DNA from: Planctomycetota bacterium
GTDB lineage: Bacteria > Planctomycetota > PLA2 > JAEUHO01
Length of the DNA stretch: 53,027 nucleotides
Assembly (NCBI GenBank): GCA_050248855.1
Contig: JBFWRP010000015.1
Location: 40,508-93,534 of the forward strand
Reading direction: 5' to 3'
Part shown: piece after piece, positions 11,477 through 20,748 of the stretch
Numbering within the stretch: the first letter of the stretch is position 1
Layout: every line of letters begins with the position of its first letter
Program-made: the position numbers and the translations under genes
Notes under the pieces: generated by a model
What the model saw: only the letters and a program-made list of their open reading frames with translations
What the model was told of the DNA's origin: nothing
The model's database searches: none

Positions 11477-12526
11477 ATGGCCCGCTCTCCTACGACGTGG
11501 CGCTTCGAAGGCCATCATGTGGCCCGCGTCGCGCGGCCTGCGGATCTGCCCGCGGACGGGACATGGGTTGTCGCCGCCGACGTCCTTCCCTCGCTCGGGG
11601 CACGGCTCGCGCGGAGTCGCCCGCTCGCACTCCACGTCGTGCCCGGCGCCACGGACGGCACGCCCGCCCAGGCCCGACGCACGATCGAGCGGGCCTGTCG
11701 CGACGTGGCGAGCCACCTCGGTGACCTGCCCCTCGTGGCGCATGCCTCCACCCTGGATGGCGTCCGCCACGCGTTGGCTGCCGAGGAGCCGGCCAACGTC
11801 TCGCTGCACGCGCGCACGCGGTGCGCGCACACCGAGGCGTGGCTTGCGTTCCGAAACGCCTGGCCCGCCTGGTGGGGGGGACGTGATGCGCCGCCGTCAC
11901 CCGCGGTCACGGGCGCGCTGGAGCTGGCGCGCCGCGACGATCGGTTCCATCGCCTCGTGCGCCTCGGCGGACCTCCGCTCTCCACCCGGCGCCCCAGCAC
12001 CTTCGCCACCATCGCGCGCGCCATCGTCTACCAACAGCTCTCGGGACGCGCGGCCTCCACGATCTGGGGGCGCCTCGAAGCCAAGCTCGGCGGGGGCGTG
12101 GACGCCGCGCGCGTGGCGCGTACGCGGACGCCCACGCTTCGCGCGGCGGGGCTCTCGGCCGCCAAAGCCGCGGCGCTGCAGGATCTCGCCGCGCGCGTGG
12201 CGTCGGGCTCCCTCAAGCCCGGAGGGCTGGCGCGGCGCTCCGATGGGGACGTCATCGACGCGCTCACGGCCGTGCGCGGCATCGGGCCCTGGAGCGCCCA
12301 GATGCACCTCATCTTCAGCCTGGGCCGACCCGACGTCTGGCCCGTGTTGGATCTCGGCGTGCGCAAGGGCATGGCGCGGTGGTACGGCCTCGACCCGGAG
12401 CCCGACCTCGCGGGATGGGAAGCCTTCGGCGAGGCGTTCCGCCCCTGGCGTACCGTGGCGGCGTGGTACGCGTGGCGAGCGACCGAGATCCCGGACGCGC
12501 TTCTCCCCGGGACTCGAGACACCTGA
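11477..12526 (+). CDS. DNA-3-methyladenine glycosylase II-like (HhH-GPD) protein with N-terminal extension
   Basis: AIVYQQLSGRAA, HhH LTAVRGIGPWSA, catalytic WPVLDLGVR, RPWRTVAAWY. GGAGG SD precedes the ATG. Confidence 0.85.
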   Translation: MARSPTTWRFEGHHVARVARPADLPADGTWVVAADVLPSLGARLARSRPLALHVVPGATDGTPAQARRTIERACRDVASHLGDLPLVAHASTLDGVRHALAAEEPANVSLHARTRCAHTEAWLAFRNAWPAWWGGRDAPPSPAVTGALELARRDDRFHRLVRLGGPPLSTRRPSTFATIARAIVYQQLSGRAASTIWGRLEAKLGGGVDAARVARTRTPTLRAAGLSAAKAAALQDLAARVASGSLKPGGLARRSDGDVIDALTAVRGIGPWSAQMHLIFSLGRPDVWPVLDLGVRKGMARWYGLDPEPDLAGWEAFGEAFRPWRTVAAWYAWRATEIPDALLPGTRDT

Positions 12527-12561
12527 CGTCGTCGCAGCTGGCACACTCTGGAGGGCCTCCG

Positions 12562-13155
12562 ATGCACTTCGACTCCTTGCCGCGCATGGAGATCCCTGCC
12601 GACGCCGGCCGCATCGGTCGCGCGCTGGAAGCAGCGCGTGCCGCCGGCAAGGAACCGCCCGGCCTCTACTGGCTGTTCGCCCATCGGCCGGCCGCCGCGC
12701 GTGCGCTCGGCACGTTCATGCAAGAGGTCATGCGCGGCGAGAGCCCGCTCTCGCACGGAGAGCGCGAGCTGATCGCCGCCTGGACCTCGGGCCGCAACCA
12801 CTGCGCGTTCTGAACCACGTCCCACGCCGCGGTCGCGGCGTTCCTCCTCGAAGACCCCGAGCGCGTCCGCCGCGCCGCCCGCCACGGCGACCTCTCGGCC
12901 GAGACGCCCCGCTGGCAGGCCCTCTTCGCGTGGCTCGAGAAGATCAACGACGCACCGGCCTCCGTGACACGGGCCGACGTCGAGGCCGTCCAAGCCGCCG
13001 GCTGGAGCGACGCCGCCCTCGTCGACGCCGCCACCGTCTGCTCCATCTTCAACTTCTTCAACCGCTGGGTCGACGCCACCGGCGTCCCCGACGTCCCCGA
13101 CGGCTGGTACGACCGCCACCTTGCCCAGCACGGCAGCCTCGACTACACGATCTGA
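12562..13155 (+). CDS. AhpD/carboxymuconolactone decarboxylase-like peroxidase, probable selenoprotein (in-frame UGA at 12811-12813)
   Basis: Two same-frame ORF halves join to give LSHGERELIAAWTSGRNHCAF-U-TTSH...FNFFNRWVDATG. CxxU sits at the CxxC position. GGAGGG SD upstream. Confidence 0.85.
12824..12841 (+). promoter_or_regulatory. Putative bacterial SECIS hairpin
   Basis: ACGCCGC-GGTC-GCGGCGT stem-loop. The loop starts with GG and lies 17 nt after the UGA. Confidence 0.7.
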
Positions 13156-13179
13156 CGGATACCGAGGAATACCGGGGGA

Positions 13180-13428
13180 TACCGAGTGCGGGCAAATCCC
13201 ATGAACTTGTGTGCCCCTCTTGCGGTCCCCCGCCAGGGAGATCAAGCCGCCAGAGGGAAGCGATGGGACAGCGACAGCGCTTCGACGCTGCCCTTGCAGA
13301 CCAGACGACGCCCGGCCAGCACCGCGAACTCATGGCCGCGGACGTGGGGTACGCCCGGCGGTGTACCGAGATCGTGCGGCCGTGCTTGCCCCGCCTCGAT
13401 CATGCAGGAGATCTACACGCACTCGGTA
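13180..13428. mobile_element. MITE/REPIN-like element with imperfect 19-bp terminal IRs
   Basis: TACCGAGTGCGGGCAAATC (13180-13198) vs reverse complement of 13410-13428, TACCGAGTGCGTGTAGATC. A related end lies at 20734-20746. Confidence 0.5.
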
Positions 13429-13686
13429 CCCCTGCGCCGCGCCGCCCTCGCCGCCGTCCTGATCGGAGTCGGGCTCGTGGTGTGGCGCCGCTGGTCGACT
13501 TGCACGACAGCTACCGGCTGGGCAGACTCATTGACAGCAGGATGGAGTCCAGCACATGCCCCAGGAGGTGGCGGCGGAGGCGGTGACGGAGGTGGCCGCC
13601 GATGTGGCGTCGAGAGATTCCGCTTCCCGCGCTGCTGGCGCCCGCAGAGGTTCAGCAAGGAGTACGGGGAGTACGGTGCCAGGGGG

Positions 13687-13940
13687 AGTACGGTGCCAGA
13701 GCATTTCCTACCACCCTCGGCCGGGCCAGACACGAGGCGCAGGATGGCCACGAGGTGGTGACGTGGCGCCGAGTCTCGAACGTCGTCCGGCGCGCGATGG
13801 GCTGGGCTGCGCGCGGTGCAGCAACCCTGGTACGTCCAAGCGCCGCGGCCGTGGCATGGCCACCCTGGCGAGCCCGCCTCCGCGTCGCGCACTCGGACGT
13901 TCCGCACGCCCGGCGGTAGGAATTGCTCTGGCACCGTACT
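13687..13940. mobile_element. MITE/REPIN-like element with 26-bp terminal IRs
   Basis: AGTACGGTGCCAGAGCATTTCCTACC (13687-13712) and GGTAGGAATTGCTCTGGCACCGTACT (13915-13940), 1 mismatch. Confidence 0.75.
13720..13857 (-). pseudogene. Decayed 5' fragment of a RAYT / IS200-like (Y1 HUH) transposase
   Basis: Across frameshifts it reads MPRPRRLDVPGLLHRA / IARRTTFETRRHV / HLVAILRLVSG, resembling the MPRxxRxDxPGxxHHVxxRGIARRxxFE N-terminus of RAYTs. Confidence 0.55.
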
Positions 13941-14002
13941 TGGCTGACGCCGGGCTCCGGTCTCGGGCCGAACGGCCGGTAGGCTGGTCCGTTCGTGCTC
14001 CC

Positions 14003-14782
14003 GTGACCCACCGATCGCCCCGCTCCGCCGAACCGCTGCTCGCCAGGCCCCGGGCCGTGGCGTGGGTGGCGGCGGTGCTGGTGCACGTGGTGCTGCTGGT
14101 CGTGCTGCTGTGGGTGTTCGAGCGGCCGACGCCGGAGAGGCCGCGCCCCATTGCGGCCGCGTACGTCGAGCCGTGGAGCGAGCCGGCGGACGGTGAAGCC
14201 ATGGAGCTCGACACGCCGGACCCGGCGTTCGAGACGCCGCCGGAGCCGTCCCTGGCGACGGGCATGGTCGCCGACGTCCTCGAAAGCACGCTGCCCGATG
14301 AGGTGCTCCCACCCTTCTCGCGGGGCACCTTGCCGCAGGGCGCGCTCGACTTGCCGGAGCGCGTCGCCGTGTGGGCCCTGGAGGCACGTGCCGCGCGCGC
14401 TGCGGCGGAGTCTCCCGATGGCCCCCCGCCTGCCGAGAGCTTGCCGCCTCCGCGGACGCCGCCGCGCAGCGCTCCCCCGACGGCGCCTCGGCCGCAGCCA
14501 CGACCGCCCGCGGCTCGACCTGGTGCACAGAGCCTCCAGGTGCTTGGTGCGCCCGACCCGCTGCACTACTACCCGCTGCTCGCCCGTCGTCAGGGGATCG
14601 AAGGCGAGGTCATCGTCCAGATCGTGGTGGCGAGCTCCGGCGTGGTGACCGATGCGCGCGTGGCGCGCAGCAGCGGCCATGTGCTGCTGGACGAAGCGGG
14701 GATTCGCGTCGCCTTCGCCACGCGCTTCGTCCCCGGGCCCAGCGGCGCCGCCGAGCTCCCCGTTCGCTTCCGGCTGCAGTAG
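14003..14782 (+). CDS. TonB family energy transducer
   Basis: TM anchor with His (AVLVHVVLL), Pro-rich linker, C-terminal YPLLARRQGIEGEV...SSGHVLLDEA...VRFRL. Start uncertain. Confidence 0.85.
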   Translation: MTHRSPRSAEPLLARPRAVAWVAAVLVHVVLLVVLLWVFERPTPERPRPIAAAYVEPWSEPADGEAMELDTPDPAFETPPEPSLATGMVADVLESTLPDEVLPPFSRGTLPQGALDLPERVAVWALEARAARAAAESPDGPPPAESLPPPRTPPRSAPPTAPRPQPRPPAARPGAQSLQVLGAPDPLHYYPLLARRQGIEGEVIVQIVVASSGVVTDARVARSSGHVLLDEAGIRVAFATRFVPGPSGAAELPVRFRLQ

Positions 14783-14790
14783 CGCGCGCG

Positions 14791-17352
14791 CTATTCGTAG
14801 CCGATCGCGTCGAGGATGGCGACGGAGGCCGCGCGGCGGGCGGGGAGGATGCTGGCGAGCAGGCCGAGCAGGAGGGAGGCCACCAGCACGACGCCCACGC
14901 TGATCCACGGCACGACGAAGGGCAGGTCATAGCCCGTGACCAGGAGCACGTGGCGGCCTGCGGGGAAGGCCGCCGCCAAGAGGCCGGCGACGATGCCGAA
15001 ACCGCCGCCGATCACGGCGATGACCAGGGCCTCGATGGCGACCGTGCGCGCGACGCCGCCGCGGGTCATGCCCACCACGCGGAGCAGCCCGATCTCGCGC
15101 TGGCGGCGGAGCACGGAGAGCAGCAGCGTGTTCAGGATGCCGAGGAAGCCGATGATCATCGCGACGAGCACCTGGGCGTCGACGAGGCGGAACGTCTGGT
15201 CGAGGGCCTGCGTCGCGTAGCCGCGGATGTCGTCGTCCTCGTAGACGAAGAAGCCACCCCCGCCGCCCAGCTCGCGGTCCAGCCGCCGACGCACGTCGGC
15301 GCGGTCGGCGCCCGGCGCCACCTGGACATCGAGGTAGGTGAGCGCGTCGTCCTGCCAGCGTTCGCGGTAGAGCGAGAGGTCGATGGCCACGACGCCCCGT
15401 GGCCAGGAGTAGTCCTCGGTGATGTGCGTGACGGGCAAGCGCACGACGCCCGTGGGCGAGGGCAGCTCGAGCGTGTCCCCCAGGTCGTAGCCCGACAGCG
15501 CCGCGAGGTTGCGCGAGATGCCCGCGCCGCGTCCGGCGGCGAGGTCGTCGTCCGCGGAGGGCGAGGCACGAATGCCGATCAGGTCCCTGCCGCGCGCCGC
15601 CAGCACCTTGCGGTAGCCCGCGAGGTCGACGCCCAGCAAGAGCACGTCGCTCTCGCCCAGCTCCTGCACGACGGCGCGCACGCCGTAGGCCGTCGCCACG
15701 CCGTCGACCTCGGCCACCGCCTCCTCCAAGCCCGTCGGCAGCGACGCGCCGCTGTAGATCGTCGAGGTGAGGCGCGCCGGCTGGATGCTGAGGTCGAAGG
15801 GCAGCGCCACCTCGAGCCACGTGCGCGTGGCTTCGTGGAAGCCGCCGACGATCGACGCCGACGTCATCATCAGCGCCAGCGCGCCGCCGAGCGCCACGAC
15901 CGTCAGCGCCGAACGCTGCGGGTAGCGCAGCACGTTGTCGGCCGCGAGGAAGCCCTCCGCCGAGAACCAGCGTCGAAGGGGTACGCGCAGCGCGCGCGAC
16001 ACGACGATCGTCACCTGCGGCAAGAGCAGGGCCACGCCCAGGAACAGCAGCGCCATCGCGCCGAGCCCCACCCAGGGTGGCGCCTTCAGCTGGACGCCGA
16101 AGACGAGGCCTGCGCCCACGGCGAGGACCGCGAGACCGGCGGCGAACGAGCGGCCGTAGCGCGGCAGGAGGCGCGTACCCAGGATTGCTGGGCGGAGCGC
16201 CTCGGCCGCGGGGATCGAGGCCGCGCGCCGCGCCGGCCACCACGCTGCCAACAACGAGGTGCCGATGCCGGCGCCGAGCCCGATCCAGACGGCATGCGAC
16301 GGCAGCACGATGCGGTCCACGCTGACCAGACGCACGAGGCGGTTCACCGTGGCGTCGACCGCGCCCACCAGCCCCCGCGCGAGAAGCCAGCCGAGCACGA
16401 TGCCGAGTACCGAGCCGATCGTGCCCAGGATCGCGGCCTCGAGCAGCAGCGTGGTCCGCAGGGCCCGCGGTGGGGCGCCGAGCGTACGCATGGTCGCGAT
16501 CGCGCGACTGCGTTCGACGACGCCGATGGCCACGGACAGGTACACGATGAAGAGGCCCACGAGCAGTCCGATCACGCCCAGCACCACGAGCGCGCGCACG
16601 TTGGCGAGCATGTCGTCGAGGGTCCGGTCGCGCTTGACGAGCGGCGTCACGCGCGCGGCGTCGCCCACCACGGCGGCCAGGTCAGCGGCGTCGGCGCCCG
16701 GTTCGCGCGGCGCCACCTCGATGCGATCGAAGCGCGCCTCGCGGCCGAACAGCTCCTGCGCGCCCTCGATGCGTACGAACGCGATCCGTCCGCCCAGCAC
16801 GGAGGCGGCGCCGCGGTCCTCGACGCGGCCGCCGATGCGCAACGTACGCAGTCCCGCGGCCGTGCCGACGCGCACCGTGTCGCCGACATCCAAGCCCGTG
16901 CGCTCCGCGAAGGAGCGCGGGACGACCAGTGCCGTCGGGTCCTTCCAGAGCGTGGCCAGGTCGATACGGCTTCCTTCTTCGGGCACGAGCTCGCGCAGCT
17001 TGCGCTCGCGCACGAGGTCGAGGCCACGCACGAGAAGCCGTCCTTCGTCGGCTTGGTCGGGCAGGGCCAGCGTGCCCTCCACGACGGGTGCGGCGTCGAA
17101 GCGCCCGTCGGCTTCGATGCGGGCCAGGACGTCGGCCGCGACGCCCGCTCCCCGCGCCCGCTCCACCTGCCACACGGCGCGGCCGGCCGCGCGACGCGCC
17201 GCGGCCTCGAAGCTGGCGACGGTGCTCGAGTGGGCGACTTCGGTGCTCGTGAACAGCGCGACGCCCAGCGCGATGCTGACCACGACGAGCGCGGCCCGCA
17301 GGCGGTGGTGGCGCCAGTGCCGCCACGCGAGGAAGGTCAGGAGCGCTCTCAC
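14791..17352 (-). CDS. ABC transporter permease (FtsX/MacB-like, duplicated)
   Basis: Two FtsX-type halves (ERSRAIATMRTLGA; RRQREIGLLRVVGM; PARRAA). Confidence 0.92.
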   Translation of the reverse strand: MRALLTFLAWRHWRHHRLRAALVVVSIALGVALFTSTEVAHSSTVASFEAAARRAAGRAVWQVERARGAGVAADVLARIEADGRFDAAPVVEGTLALPDQADEGRLLVRGLDLVRERKLRELVPEEGSRIDLATLWKDPTALVVPRSFAERTGLDVGDTVRVGTAAGLRTLRIGGRVEDRGAASVLGGRIAFVRIEGAQELFGREARFDRIEVAPREPGADAADLAAVVGDAARVTPLVKRDRTLDDMLANVRALVVLGVIGLLVGLFIVYLSVAIGVVERSRAIATMRTLGAPPRALRTTLLLEAAILGTIGSVLGIVLGWLLARGLVGAVDATVNRLVRLVSVDRIVLPSHAVWIGLGAGIGTSLLAAWWPARRAASIPAAEALRPAILGTRLLPRYGRSFAAGLAVLAVGAGLVFGVQLKAPPWVGLGAMALLFLGVALLLPQVTIVVSRALRVPLRRWFSAEGFLAADNVLRYPQRSALTVVALGGALALMMTSASIVGGFHEATRTWLEVALPFDLSIQPARLTSTIYSGASLPTGLEEAVAEVDGVATAYGVRAVVQELGESDVLLLGVDLAGYRKVLAARGRDLIGIRASPSADDDLAAGRGAGISRNLAALSGYDLGDTLELPSPTGVVRLPVTHITEDYSWPRGVVAIDLSLYRERWQDDALTYLDVQVAPGADRADVRRRLDRELGGGGGFFVYEDDDIRGYATQALDQTFRLVDAQVLVAMIIGFLGILNTLLLSVLRRQREIGLLRVVGMTRGGVARTVAIEALVIAVIGGGFGIVAGLLAAAFPAGRHVLLVTGYDLPFVVPWISVGVVLVASLLLGLLASILPARRAASVAILDAIGYE

Positions 17353-17373
17353 GGTCGGTCCCGCCGCACGGCG

Positions 17374-18090
<717 letters not shown>

Positions 18091-18223
18091 GAGGGCTCCT
18101 TGCGGCCCCCCGTCACGGGGCGGCTTCGAGCAGCACCCTACGGCGGCCCCACGCGGGGGACAGGCGCAGCGCGAGCGCCCCGGGGGGTCGACCGGCGATG
18201 CCTCCGTCGGCTACGCTGACGCC

Positions 18224-18532
18224 GTGACGAGGACCCGCCCGCAAAGGCTCGAGGAGGCCGACGTCTCGGCCGCGCTGGTCGGGCTGCCCGGCTGGACCCG
18301 CGAGGGCCAGGCCCTCGTGCGTCGGTTCGAGTTCGACAGCTTCGTCGAGGCGTTCGGCTTCATGACGCGGGCAGCGCTCTGCGCGGAGCGGGCCAACCAC
18401 CATCCCGATTGGACCAACGTCTACCGTCGCGTGGATGTGCGATTGACCACGCACGAGGTGGGGGGGCTTACGGCCCGCGACGTGGACCTCGCGCGCACGT
18501 TCTCGGCGCTCGTCGAGCCGCGCAACGCATGA
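18224..18532 (+). CDS. phhB: Pterin-4-alpha-carbinolamine dehydratase
   Basis: [28 protein letters not shown] motifs. Confidence 0.92.
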   Translation: MTRTRPQRLEEADVSAALVGLPGWTREGQALVRRFEFDSFVEAFGFMTRAALCAERANHHPDWTNVYRRVDVRLTTHEVGGLTARDVDLARTFSALVEPRNA

Positions 18533-19410
18533 CGAGACTCGCGGCCGCACGCTGGGCGCTCCTCGGCCTCGTCCTGATCGCGCCGGGCACGGCGGTCGCG
18601 GATCCGGCCGAGCCGCGCGTCCAGGTCGCGGCGACTGCCGACGTGGCGCTGGACCTCGGGCGCCTGCCCGACCTGCTCCAGACCGACGCGCGCCTGGGGC
18701 TTCCCGACGGCGGTCGCATGTTCTGCGCGCCGGTCTCCGCGGGCGCCGCCCTGCTGTTCCTCGCCCAACAGGGCTTCGGGCGCCTGGCGCCGGAGGCCCC
18801 CGAGGCGGCCCTTGCGGCGGCCGACGTCGTGCGCCGCCTGGGCTCCTCCCACTACATGAACACCAGCCTGGCCGAAGGCACGGGGACGTCCGGGTTCCTG
18901 CGTGGCCTCGCGCGCTACGTCACCGATCGCGGCTACACGATCCGCCGTTTGGACTACGCCGGCTGGAGGGCGCATCCGAAGGGGTACGCTTCGGGGCGTT
19001 CACGGCCGGATCTCCCCGCGCTCGCTGACGCCCTCCGACGCCCCGCGACGGCCGCCTGGTGGAACGTCGGGTGGTACCGGCGCGAGATCGCGGCCGACGG
19101 GCAGACGCCGCAGTGGCGACGCACGGGCGGCCACTGGGTGCTCGTCGCGGGCCACGACGCCGGCGCCGAGGGGGGGGCGTGGCTCGCACGCGACCCCTCG
19201 CCGCGCTCGGGTCGCCGTCCGCGCGTCGAGCGCTTGGCCCTCGAGACGCTCGTCGACGGCGAGCTCGTCGGCGACTACCCGGGCCTGCCGCAGGTCGCGC
19301 GCGGCATGCCCCGCGTGCTGTCGGGGCTCGCCCTGCCGCAAGACGCGGACACGGCCCTGGTCGACGGCGTCGTCGTGTTGGAGCTGGAGCCGCAGGCAGC
19401 ATCCCGGTAG
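18529..19410 (+). CDS. Secreted papain-fold (C39-like) cysteine peptidase-like protein
   Basis: Signal peptide; putative triad from MFCAPVS (Cys), GGHWVLVAG (His) and RDP (Asp). Confidence 0.6.
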   Translation: MTRLAAARWALLGLVLIAPGTAVADPAEPRVQVAATADVALDLGRLPDLLQTDARLGLPDGGRMFCAPVSAGAALLFLAQQGFGRLAPEAPEAALAAADVVRRLGSSHYMNTSLAEGTGTSGFLRGLARYVTDRGYTIRRLDYAGWRAHPKGYASGRSRPDLPALADALRRPATAAWWNVGWYRREIAADGQTPQWRRTGGHWVLVAGHDAGAEGGAWLARDPSPRSGRRPRVERLALETLVDGELVGDYPGLPQVARGMPRVLSGLALPQDADTALVDGVVVLELEPQAASR

Positions 19411-19419
19411 CCGACGAAA

Positions 19420-19453
19420 GAGGCCCGCGTCGACGGTGCGTCGCGCGGGCCTC
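19420..19453. terminator. Hairpin between convergent genes (probable bidirectional terminator)
   Basis: GAGGCCCGCG...CGCGGGCCTC stem with inner CGACG/CGTCG pairing. Confidence 0.6.
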
Positions 19454-19481
19454 CCAGGGATGCCGGAGATGATGTCCGAGC

Positions 19482-20603
19482 CTACTTGGCGGGCTCTTCG
19501 TCGTCCGCGTCGTCTCCGTCGCCGTCGGCCTCCGGCTCGGGCTCCGGGTTCTCGGCGGCGTCGATCTGCTCCAGAAGGGCGTTCAGGGCGCCCTGGGCGC
19601 GCTCATCCTCCGCCAGCAACGGATGGGCAGCGAGCACACCGATTGCCGTCCGCGCATCCTCGTGACGCCCCTCGTCCACGAGCCAACGGGCCACGCCGTA
19701 GTAGAGGTTGAGGTACAGGCCCTCTTCGCGGGTCTTCGCCACGTGCTTGGCGTCGATCGACTTCAGCTTCTCGTAGACCTCGTTCCAGTCTTTGGGCGTG
19801 CCCTTGTTCTCGACGATCTCGGCCATCATCTTCTTGAGCGCGCTGCGGTCCAGGTAGGCGGCGCGGATCTCCAGCAGGCCCGCCTTGCCATCCGGGTCGA
19901 TCTGGGGGATGCGATCGACGACCCAGGCGTAGGTCGGATCCTCGAGGAAGCCCGCCTCGGCCAGCATCGGCACGGCGGCCTTGATCTCCTCGACGGAGGC
20001 CTTCTCGCCCTTGGTGGCGAGGACGCGTGCCTTCTCGCTGTTGCCACGCAGCTCGGTCAGGTGCTCCAAGTAGGCCTCGGGGCCGCCCTCTTGGTAGCCC
20101 GTGCTCGCGTACGGCGTGCCGTCGGCGAACGTCAGCATGATCGTCGGGAAGCCCTGGACGCCGTAGCGGGCCTTGAGCTCGTCGCGCTTCTTCACGTCGA
20201 CGACCTTGGCCAGCAGGTCCGGCGAGCGCGGGAAATCGAGGTACACGAACACGAACTTCTCGGCGGCCTTCGTCGCGAAGTCGCCTTGGGAGAAGACCTC
20301 GTTGTCCAGCTTGATGCACCAGCCGCACCAGTCGCTGCCGGTGAAGTTGATGAAGAGGTCCTTGTTCTCCGCCTTGGCCTTGGCTTGCGCAGCGGCGTAG
20401 TCGGCCATCCAGGGGAACGCGGGCTCGGGAGCCTCCTCTTCGGCGGGGGCCTCTTCCTCGGGAGCTTCCTCCTCGGGCGTCACGGGCGCGGGTGTCGGCG
20501 CGGGCTCCTCGTCGGCGATGGCGGCGTGGAACGGGACGGCGCCGAGCGCCAGCGCGGCGGCCACACCCAAGGTGGCGACACGGAATCGGATCGAGGTGGT
20601 CAT
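19482..20603 (-). CDS. Secreted thioredoxin-family protein
   Basis: Signal peptide, FTGSDWCGWCIKL (CxxC), YGVQGFPT cis-Pro loop, helical C-terminal part. Confidence 0.88.
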   Translation of the reverse strand: MTTSIRFRVATLGVAAALALGAVPFHAAIADEEPAPTPAPVTPEEEAPEEEAPAEEEAPEPAFPWMADYAAAQAKAKAENKDLFINFTGSDWCGWCIKLDNEVFSQGDFATKAAEKFVFVYLDFPRSPDLLAKVVDVKKRDELKARYGVQGFPTIMLTFADGTPYASTGYQEGGPEAYLEHLTELRGNSEKARVLATKGEKASVEEIKAAVPMLAEAGFLEDPTYAWVVDRIPQIDPDGKAGLLEIRAAYLDRSALKKMMAEIVENKGTPKDWNEVYEKLKSIDAKHVAKTREEGLYLNLYYGVARWLVDEGRHEDARTAIGVLAAHPLLAEDERAQGALNALLEQIDAAENPEPEPEADGDGDDADDEEPAK

Positions 20604-20748
20604 GGGTCGGACGGGCTCCTGGGCCTGGTAGGGGGCCGACTCGCGGGACGCCCGGGCGAGGGACACGGTTCCTTGCCGGGCCGGGATCGGGTCCAGGGAC
20701 TCTACCCCTGGGCCGAGGCCCTGCGTCTCCGGGTACCGAGTGCGGGAG

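Noticed and set aside
12562..13155. Pseudogene or two-small-gene interpretation of the AhpD-like locus
   Set aside because: The single TGA falls exactly at the second Cys of CxxC, both halves are intact in one frame, and a SECIS-like hairpin follows.
13429..13658. Possible small membrane ORF between the two IR elements (LRRAALAAVLIGVGLVVWRR...)
   Set aside because: No clear start or SD outside the repeat elements and no recognisable motif; possibly a remnant, but unsupported.
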